Below, piece after piece: positions 10,619 to 21,230 of a DNA stretch of 46,331 bases. Positions within the stretch are counted from its first letter, which is position 1, and every line of letters starts with the position of its first letter. The stretch spans positions 25,961 to 72,291 of the forward strand of contig CAJFCJ010000141.1 of the NCBI GenBank assembly GCA_904063045.1, read 5' to 3'. The notes beneath the pieces were generated by a model. That model was given only the letters and a program-made list of their open reading frames with translations, searched no databases and had not been told where the DNA came from. A program made the position numbers and the translations under genes. This DNA is from Dimorphilus gyrociliatus (taxonomy: Eukaryota > Animalia > Annelida).

Positions 10619-13600
10619 ATGAAAATAATGAATTTTTTTAAACTTTCAACAATTTTTCTTTTCTATTTACAACAATCTTTTCATCTTGATAATCAATTAT
10701 TTGATAGTAAAATTCAAATTGATGTTATTGAAAGTACAATATACTTTGATTATGGATATGTAAAAGTAAAATTAGAGAATGTAACTGAACATTTGTATTT
10801 TGAACATTTGAATGATACATATGTTGCGAAAGTTTGCGGAATTATGGGATATAGCTCTTATATATCATTTCATGGACCGAGACAGGCACAACTTGCTAAA
10901 ATCACAGGTTGTTATGTTTTTAATGTTACAGATGATGAATGCTGTCAAATGTAAGTCTACGCAAATTATTCGATATTTTTAGTATACATTTTTTCTTTTA
11001 TTTCTAATCTAGTAAAAAGATTAATGAGTCTTTAACTTGTAAAAATAAACTGGTACTGAAATGCTTTAAAAAGAATATTTCTTGTAAATTTAACAATTAA
11101 AGATGTGGAATAGAGGTAAAGTGGGCTCATTAATGTTTTGAATCCACTTGACCTAATTCCATTGAAAAGATTATTTCAAAATAACATATACATTCGTTTT
11201 TTTCTTCATAATAGATATTTTTACATTGAAAATTGATAAAAATAGATTTCAGCCATATTATAAAACGGAAGAAAGCATATACGAAATTACTGGAGATGTA
11301 AATGAAAAATTAGACATATGTAGTAGAGTACAATATTATAGGCCTAGATTGAAAAGAAACAGTAGTAGTATTGATAAAATATTTTTAACATTTAAAAATA
11401 ACACTATTATATCATATAACACTGAAAATCTTGGTAATGAAATTCATTGTACATTTATGGAAATGAATTGTAAGAATTAAAAAAAAAAAAAAGAAATATA
11501 AAAGAATTTTTCTAAACTTTTTCTCTTAAATAAATGCAGATATAAAAGTTTTAAATATAAAACCTCCTGTAATATATAGCTATTATCAAAGAGATGAAAT
11601 TCCTCATTTACAAATGTATTTCTTTACAAAAGACTTGAAACTTTTACTACCAGTTTTTGACAATTCAACTACTTTAGAAAACAAATGTTTGATTGTTTGC
11701 AGTCATTTTACTGATTTATTTACAGTAACATCTTGTAAATCTAGAAATGTTCAACAAGTTGAAAAATTATTATCTATACTTTTTTTTTTAATAGGATATT
11801 TCTAACTGAAAGTCTGTTTTTTTTCTTTTTGTAATTTAGATAAATACTCCTTTCTTTTCAAATTGCAATATGATGAATGACTCATTTCCCAATTGTACAC
11901 TTATTTCTGAACATAATGAAACAAATATACTGAATACAATTGTAGTTGATGTAAATTGCCTTCCAAAAGGAAAAAGATGTTGGTATTATCGATTTGAAAA
12001 TGATTCTTTTTCATTAAAAACATTCTTTACTCAAAAGTTTATAAAAATTTAAATAGAATATCTATAAAATTGAATAGAACTGAGGAGAGTTTAATAACAG
12101 TTACAGGAATTCCTCTGATTCGAAATTTCTCTTATAAAAATACTTTTCAATTTATTGAATATACTAATTTTAGTAGGAAAATAAGTAATCTAATTTGTTC
12201 AAGATTAGGCTTTGATGATTTATTTTCACTGGCAAATCCTCATTTCAAATCAATACAAAAGGATAAAATTCAAAGATTATCTCTTTTCAAAAAGAGATAT
12301 TGCTGTGTATTGTAAAAAAAACTTTATTATTATTTTTAAATATTAGAGATTACATAATATAGAAATAGTTAATTTTTTCTAGACAAAATTACCTTAAACC
12401 TTTTGCATCAACTGTAAAATGTTATAAAAGATATTCTCAATGTCTGAGGCAAAAAGAAAAAAGCAAAATAAATTATATTATTGAAGACAAAATCTTTTTT
12501 TTTTCAGTTATATTTGCAAAGAAAATTGGAGAAAATATCTACAAATTGTTTTTAAAAAAAAATCTTACAATATTTAAATTATATATTTCAATGAATAATT
12601 TTTCAAAAAAGCAAGAATTATGTGAAAAAAGTGAATATTTTATTACTTCAGAATTTAATTACAACACTACACATTATGCCCTTATTCAAAATAATGCTTA
12701 TCTTGATACAATGGATAATACTGTTTATATCTTCAGTTCTTCTTATAGTGAAAATCTTAGCCATGTAACATGCACTTTCAGTGAATTAAAAGGTACATTT
12801 GCCTATTTTAGAGAGATAGTTCATTGATTGATTGATTGATTAAATAAATAGTTTCAAACATAATTTTTTGAATTATATTAGGCCTAAATAATCTATATTT
12901 TCCTTTTTTCATATTCAAGATACTCGTGTATACGAAATAAAAAAAAATGGAACTTGGATCTTAAATCTATTCAAATCTTATTATTTAACATTTCCAATTT
13001 TATATAAATCTAAAACTTTTGGTTTTAAACCACCAATAATCTATACATCTGATGTTGGTGTAAAAGATGCACAAAAATGCTTATTCCTTTGCAAACAGTT
13101 GAACAAGACGTATTTATATAAAAATTGTAAAGAATATTTATCAGGCATTGATCGGAATCTTGAAAATGTTGTATATCTTTCAAGTTGTCAAATTAAGGAT
13201 AAAATATTGGAAAATTGTCAATTTTCTTTTATTGAAGATATTAAATATTGGAAAAAAGATAAGAGACACTTTCATTACATAACAGAGCAATCTTGCGAAG
13301 AGTTTACAGTAAATTACGGTTGAGTATTGAGAAATAGATTAACGAGTTAGAAAAACTTGAAATTAATTTTAATTAGCCTATAGAATAGTTGAAAATGCTA
13401 CTATCTTTCAACCTTTTAAAGGGACTAATAAAAAGTGTATTAAAGGAATTTTACAATATTCAAATGAGACTATTTGGTATCTATTTAAATATATTAAATA
13501 TTATGAATTGCAATTATTATGCTCAGCGTTTGGTTTTAATTATGGAACTATTTTAAAATCAAATATATATTTAAAGAGTGAAGTGTATAGCTACGAAAGT

Positions 13601-16600
13601 CTTGAATGTAGAAAAGGAGGAGAAAAAGACATCTCTCTTTGTAAACCAATGATAAATACAAAGTTAAAGCATTTTCATTTTAGTATGGGATAAAAACAGA
13701 AAACATTGAATGATTTTACAATATTAAAACTTTAACTGTTATTTCTATGTTTTCTATTAATATCCCCCATCCTCCCTATTCCTTATTTAAACACATTAGT
13801 ATATTAATGTAAATATAAATAGACAAATTACTGAGTGGTTTCCATATGAAATTGAATGTTCAAATCAAATTACTGAAGGTATTTAATCAATCAAAATTTA
13901 AACAAATATAACCTTAATTAAATCATATTACAATTGCAATAAACATTAGACTGCAATGGAGAATTTGTTGTTATAATTGATGACATTTGTTATTATATTT
14001 ATGATAGAAAAAAAACAATGACAATTTATGAAATGAAAATTCAATGTTCAAAGAGAAATTTAATAATACCCGATTATCCTACTTTATCAAAACCATTTAC
14101 ATTACATCTCCTTTCAATTGTTCAAAATAATTTATTAAATAAATCAATATCTTCAATGTATTCATGTAAAAAATATATATATATATATTTTACAATTTAT
14201 TCAAATTTTAAATATCTATTTCTTCTTTTAAAAGATATGGTTAAAGTTAACAATTATTATCTAAGTGAAAGAAATTTATCAATGTCTTTACCAATGTTTT
14301 ATAGTAGACAAGTTTGTAGATTATTTCTTTCAAAAAATATGTTTTTATTTATAAATTAATGTTTTAAAAGATAGATGAATATTTTCCTAAATTCAACACA
14401 TTACAATTTCTTCCAAATACTTTAGAAGAGTCAAAGAAATGCTATCAAATTAAATTTATTAATAATACTATATTTGTAGATAATTTTTTTCTTTTCACTT
14501 TTTCAAGTTTTTCTGTTTTTTTTGTTTGTTTTTTTTTTTAAACAGAATTTTCTAGAATGGACTAAATTATTGAAAAGTCAAACTTATAAAGTAAAATTCT
14601 CTGGGTGTTTTTCTTTTTTTAAATATTTTTAACCCTTTTTCATTCCATACAATAGAACATAAGCGAAACGGAAAAAGACAATCTTATTTTAAAATTTTGC
14701 CAATTATTTCCAGTAAAATTTCTTTTTTTTTTTTATTTAAAAAAGTTATAAAAAAATATCTCGTTTTTTTCTTTTTACAGAATTATCATAATCTTATAGA
14801 AAAAGAAAATCGCTTGCCATTTAGAACTATGGTGAATATGAAAACCATGCCATGATCTTTTATTGAATATAAAATCATTATCTTTTTTAATAGGAAAAAC
14901 ATCTTCTTTTCTCATTTGCTAATAATCTACCTTGCCCAAAATCTAAGGTATTTTTATAACAGATTCACTAATGAATTTTATAAGGCTTATTGATAAATTT
15001 AAATCAATAATCTCTTTCTGTCATACCAATTGTAATATATTTCAATTATAGATTTCACTTTTAGACAAAATTAATAGTCAAAGATTAGAATTTGATGATG
15101 AAAACTGCCACTATACAGTTAGTAATTTATTGTTATGTCAAAAACTTCCAATTAAAACTTATTCACTAAGTATTTTAATATTTACTTTCTCCATTCAATC
15201 TCATTTTCTTATCAATTGACAGGAAACAATTTCAATTTAAATGTTTTCAACCTTAATTTTACTATCCATCAAGAAAATATTTTCTACTGTACCAAAGATG
15301 GAATATACATCAATTTTTATTATCTTTGTGATGGTATTTTTGATTGTCTAAATGGAGAAGATGAGGAAAATTGCCATGGAGAAAATATCAATGAAGTTTC
15401 TTGTATATCATCAACAGAAAAAATAAGCCTACTCCATTTTTGTGATTATATAAATGATTGCAAAAATAATTTTGATGAGATATTATGTAGTAAGGCGGAT
15501 AGGTTTTTTACTTTTAAGGAGTTTTTGAAAATGTCCCAATTACGTACAATTGTATCTTAGATTTTTAATTAAGAGAAATAGCTAAAGAAATTGGAAAAGA
15601 AAAAAAAATCATAAACATTTTCACTGGCATCCTTAATCTTTAAAATTCAATTTTTACTAAATTAAAATTTTTCCCTTTTTTTTTCTAGTTAGAGACGACT
15701 GCCCAATAAATTTTATGTAATTTTCTAAAATCCTAAATCTTCTTATCACTAAAAATAAAGGGGCCAATAGAAAACGTCTCCAAGTGAGATCTTTGAAAGC
15801 AATATTTCGGATTGAAAAATGGTTAAGAGGAGTAAAGTAGCTTTTGATTTGAGGTTAGGGGGTTCCATCTAACAGTTACGGGTAATCAAAAAGGTTAGAG
15901 AGAGACAAGGCCTAAGTTAGGGTTAGGATTAAACCATGCATTTCGGGACGTTTTCTGTCGTATCCAAAATTAAAATAATATTAACCATTTTAAAACCGTC
16001 TTACAGAAAATGTAAAAATGGAGAATGCGTTAAGAGAGAAAATATTTGTGATAATGAAAGACACTGCATCGATGAAAGTGATGAAAAATGCCAAAATGTT
16101 GATGCAATATCGAATGAATATAGAGAAAGTATAAACGAATGTTTGGTTTTTCATATCATTAAAATACTTTCCATTTTTTAGACTGCAATGAGCAATATCA
16201 AGCAGATTGTGGAAGTTATTGTATTCCAAAAGAGTTTGTCGATGATTTCAAATACGACTGTATCGCCAAAAATGATGAATCTGAAAATTACAATTTCTAT
16301 TCAAGATTCAATTTGACTAATTTCTACAAAGGTCACCGTCATATTAAACAACCTAAGGAATGTTTTGTCGAAGTGTTCAGTACTGGAATTATTAAAAACA
16401 CAATTCTAATGTCGCAAAATGACTGCAACAGAGAATCTTGTCCTCGGGGTTTCTACCTCTGCTATAGGAGAAATTACTGTATATCTATTGAATTAGTTTG
16501 TGACGGAGTGGATCATTGTCTACTGGGAGATGACGAATTCCATTGCGGTACATTTTGCGGGCAAACGATTCACCTGTCTAAATCATTTCGTTCGTTGCAG

Positions 16601-19024
16601 AAAAGATAGCAATGAAAGGATATTTCAAGTGCAGAGGCGAGAATAGACACTTGCTGATCAGCAAAGTATGCGATACAGTGATTCATTGCCAAAAGGGCAG
16701 CGATGAGATATACTGCAAATTGCCCCGCGTCTCTAACCCCAATTGCAGAGTTGTGAATCATCTGCAACTGCAATGCAATTTCAAAGAAAAAGGTGAATCT
16801 GAAAGTTTGACGGTTGAAGAAGGATTCAGGAAAATCTCAATAACCGGAAATACAGATGAAAATGTGTTGAAAAATTCAACGAGATTGGCGTTGCTCTATT
16901 TGGAGAAGAATGAAAATTATGTGAAATATTCGTTGGGCTATTTTGCAAATTTAGTGAATTTGACAATCGTGAAATGTGAAATGAATGAAGATGCAAACAT
17001 TTTACAAAAACCTCTATTAATACTTCAACATCTTCAACTGTCTTTTAATCCAATTTCAAATTTAATGTTCTTAAATCAATTGTCTTGTAAACATCTACAA
17101 ACTTTAGATATTTCGCACACAAACATTTTCTCACTTAATCATTTACATTTTCAATTTTGTACTCATTTAAAATCACTTCAAATTAATTACTGTCCTATTA
17201 ATTCTATTCAAATTGACACTTTTCAACCTTTGACCTCATTGGAAAAGTTATATTTAGATTTTAAGAATTTTTCATTAAATGATCAATATTATATATTTAA
17301 ATCATTGAAAAATTTAAAATATGTTAGAGGGAATAGTTTCTATTTTTGTTGTCTTTTAAAAACATCTGAAAGAGAGAAGATATTTTGTGAGGCATCATCA
17401 TCAATATTTGAATCATGTACACAAATCATAGGATCTCAAATACTTCATATTTTTTGTTGGATATTCGGAATAATTGGTTTTTTGATGAATATTTTAGCAG
17501 GTTTTTTGGTTTTAACAAGGGTAGAAAATAATAAGATTTATCATTTAATGCTGTGTTTCGGGAATATTTTAATACCTGTCTTTCTTTTAACACTTGGTTT
17601 TGTGAATGTGTATTATAGTGGCAATATTTTGGAAACTTTAATAACATGGAGAGAAAGTAGAATTTGCCAACTAATGGAAATGATAACAACATTTTCCATT
17701 TTATTATCATTTACAATTATTCTTGTATTGAATATTAAAAGATATCAAAGAATATTATGGCCATTGAGTATAGATCATTGTTTAAAACATAAACATATCA
17801 ATTTCATTTCTTTAAGTATCTTTGGAATATTGGTTTTAGTATCTTGCATTCCATTTTTCCAGGAAAAGGTATTAAACAAAGCTATATGGGTTTGGTAAAA
17901 GTCTTGTATTATAAGGCAATTTCAACAGCAAGATGATGACATACTTTTATCCAAAACCCTATTGATTTATGATTAGAGAATGAATACCATAAATTTTGTT
18001 TTTTAACCCTGAACAGAATCCTAATGATAAATCATATTTATGTATAAATATATTAATTTCAAATAAGGAAACTACTCATTGGATATTTACATTCTTCCTT
18101 TTCTCTATCTTCATACCATTACCTCTTTTAATAATAATATTTTTATATATTCATTTGATATGTTTTGCAAAAAATCCAGTAAAAATTTTAACTATTGGAG
18201 ATCGACTTTTTATTCTAACTTTATTAAATGCAATAATATGGCTACCAGTTTCTATTATAAGTATATTGTTATAGATTTCCTCTTATATAGTATGTCTATT
18301 AGTATAATAAACATTTGCAAAAATACAAAATAGGCCTATTATCAATAACAATGAATTTTCAATTAACAAATATGCCATATAATCTTATTATAATATTTCA
18401 AATTCCAATGGGATCCTTAATGAATCCTCTTGTTTTCACATTTCGAGAAATTCATCATTTGTATAAAAGGAAAAAATTACTAGAAATTGAAAATAAAGCT
18501 AAATTAATTTCTGAAACTGGTTTGTTTGAAAGGAAAACATGTATGAAAAATCAATCTTTTTTTTATCTCTCTCTCTCTCTCAGTATTTAACCTTCAATTT
18601 AAGCCTATTTTCTCATCTCTTTTTATTTTTTTACAGTTTTAAAATTTATAAAAAAAGAAAAAAAATTCTTTTTATTGAAAAATGAAAATTTGAAGAAGTT
18701 AAAAATAACAAAAAGTTTTATTGAAAATTTTCAATTTTTGAAATGTTTAAAAGATATTTGTAGATTATTGGTTTTGACACATTTTAGCCAATTATCACTC
18801 AATGGTGTGATTAACTTTGATAATATATACTTTATAGTTAATTTTAATTTTTTTCATGATTTCTCTTCTTAGCATAACTTTAATTTTTTTTTCTTAATTA
18901 GCCCTACAAAGAGAAATATGTTCTAAAGAGAGACAATCTTTATCTTAAGGATATTGAAAATGAAAAATGTGATATAAATTCCTTTGGTCTATTAGTTAAA
19001 ATGTGTCTTCAATATAAAATTTAG
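10619..19024 (+). CDS. Receptor paralog C: same architecture as B (SP, SRCR-like x3, CTLD-like, LDLa x6, LRR, 7TM, pseudokinase C-lobe)
   Basis: Exons colinear with B: 10619-10950 SP/SRCR-like; ~12070-12310 and ~13450-13660 SRCR-like; ~13950-14160 CTLD-like (CNGEFVVIIDDICYYI...KIQC); ~15250-15490 two LDLa; 16007-16128; 16182-16547; 16601-17868 (LDLa-LRR-TM1-4); 18017 onward TM5-6; TM7 exon ending 18540; kinase-like exons. The 3' end is approximate. Confidence 0.8.
16004..17237 (+). repeat. Copy 2 of the near-identical inverted 1.24-kb tract
   Basis: See 4103-5339. First mismatch at 17238 versus 4102. Homology starts at the CAG splice acceptor 16004-16006. Confidence 0.95.
18637..19024 (+). 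CDS. Gene C pseudokinase C-lobe exons (18637-18836, 18902-19024)
   Basis: FLKF...LKCLKDICRLLVLTHFSQLSLNGVINFDNIYFI | ...EKCDINSFGLLVKMCL (subdomain IX D-x-x-S-F-G). Intron 18541-18636 is phase 1 and intron 18837-18901 is phase 0 (weak GTTAAT donor). Confidence 0.7.
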
Positions 19025-19439
19025 AAATGGATCAATGAAGAATTTTTTTAAAATAAAGAAACAGTAAACAGTTAAAAAATTGGTTTTTTTATTACATTAA
19101 AGTTTAAAGACTGTTCATGACTCATATTCTGATTATTGATTAATAAAAGTATTTTAAAAATATTGTTGTTAACTTGTAGTCTATATTTTATTCATTTTTT
19201 TAACATATTAAAATGACAAATGTCTTTGCTCATTATGTTTAAGAATGTCGAAATGCCATTTAAAAATTGTACTATAGGACACAGATGATCAACAACAGGA
19301 TAATAAAATTGCAGATAAATGTCACTGAAAGCAATAAGTCACATAATTATCTTATATCATTTCATTATGATTTGTATGATGAACGGAAGATGGATACTGA
19401 TAATTAAATGAATTACAAATTCAAGTTTTGGGAGTGATC

Positions 19440-20890
19440 CTAATTTTAAAGTTAGTGATGTTGAATAAGGCTCATTTAAAAAAGAATTTGCCGATTCTCC
19501 TAAATTTGAATTTATAGAAAATGGTAGCCAACAAGGAAAGGGTTTATTCATTCCTAATGACTTTTCTTCTAATAAAAATTCAACTTGTTTCCTCAACTAA
19601 AACATAGTTTCTTAATGGTACTTTTAAATATGCTCATAATACTTTCTCTGTAAATGGATGTCTGAAAAAAACTGATGAATTAAAGCAAGTAATTGCAAAT
19701 GTGTTTATACAGCCTTGATAGTATGAGTTTTAATGTAATAGTTAAGCATGGTAAGCATTTTCAACAACCTGTCAATCATCTTATTCCTGGGAAAGCTTAT
19801 CTGCAAACAACTTCAATTGGAACAAGTCTTCTACTATTCAAAAATGGATGCTATTTTCGTAATTTGGTACATCAAAGCCATGTACCACCACCAGGACCCT
19901 ATGAACCTTGAAAGACCCTATGAACAGTTTTTTGATTATTGTACTCACCCAGGAAGTCAAAAAACTGATAGGAATCTGGTGGAATACAAAATGACAAGAC
20001 ATGTATTCGAGGTAAAGAACAACCTGTATGTGGTTTCAGCAACATTGAGAATGGTGCTGAAAGCATCCAGCTTGAACATGGAAGAAAGGGAAGAGGCAGA
20101 AAGATGCTTCTACATTGATGACCTCATTTTAGTGTCTGACAACGAAGACTATCTGGACAAGGTATTGATACAAGCATTAAGCCTTGGCCCTTTGTAACTA
20201 CTTCACTTTGACTTTAAATAATGTCAAATTCTGAGGAATTGATCAAATAAATCCCGCTTGAAACAAAGCCCAGTGAGTACCCTAGAATTGTATGGGGAAT
20301 CCAGTAAACAGAACAACAGAATCAGCTGCAACCTGGATAACTTGGCATTAGGCCCAAAGGCAACATGGAGAGAAATCCTGAGGGTAATAGCAAAGATCTG
20401 TGATCCTTTAGGCTTAGCGAACATTGTGGTGGCAAAACTTTGAGTGATGTTCTCGATGTTAAGCAAGGATGACCAGCAGTATTCCTGACGGATTCAGAAG
20501 TAGTCCTAAAGTACAATAGAGGTGCAGATGAAGAAATATGCAAGAGCAGGAATAACTGAAATAAGACAGTACGCAAGCCCCAATCAATAGTATCATGTAA
20601 AGAAACAGAAGAACCCTGTAGACTGGTTAATGAAACTGCCAGCGAAATTCAACAAAGAAAGGTATGATGAATGGAAAGAGAGAATAATGACAACGTCATA
20701 GTCTCAAAGGGCGTGCAAAATTCTGTTGTTAATAAACCAGCTAGTAAAGAGTATGACTTATAAGTTCCAAAGAACAGGCAGGAAACTGACTGAGGACAGC
20801 TCAATGCAACAAGAGATAGAAACATTGAAATGCTCCAAACAGGGTCAAGGGCTGGGTCAGGGTTGAAGTAAAACCACAAAACTGATCATT
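19440..20890 (+). mobile_element. Decayed BEL/Pao LTR retrotransposon pol fragment
   Basis: IKAMYH, EYKMTRHVF and FYIDDL match BEL/Pao-type RT; TWREILRVIAKICDPLG matches the Pao peptidase A17/RNase H region. Many stops and frameshifts. Boundaries approximate. Confidence 0.75.
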
Positions 20891-21230
20891 TTCAACAACA
20901 TTCTACTAAAAATTACCTACTCTGCTATTGAACTTTGAAATCGTACCCAATGAGAGTGAATCCCTCTTTAGGTATATCCAAGTATCATTGAGGTTGTTGA
21001 TACTTATGGCAATAATAAAAAAATGATGTATTATGATTATTTGAATATTGTTAAGAAATGACAAGACACAGTTGAAGTGTATAAAAACTAAAGAAAGAAT
21101 AGAAAAGAATAACTATGGAGTGTGAATATATGATGTTTGGATTAATAATTCATCAGCCAATATCTTTCCAAGTGTATAATTATCCCAAATTTCTAATATT
21201 TTCCTCTCTATATCACTATTTTTGTTTCTC

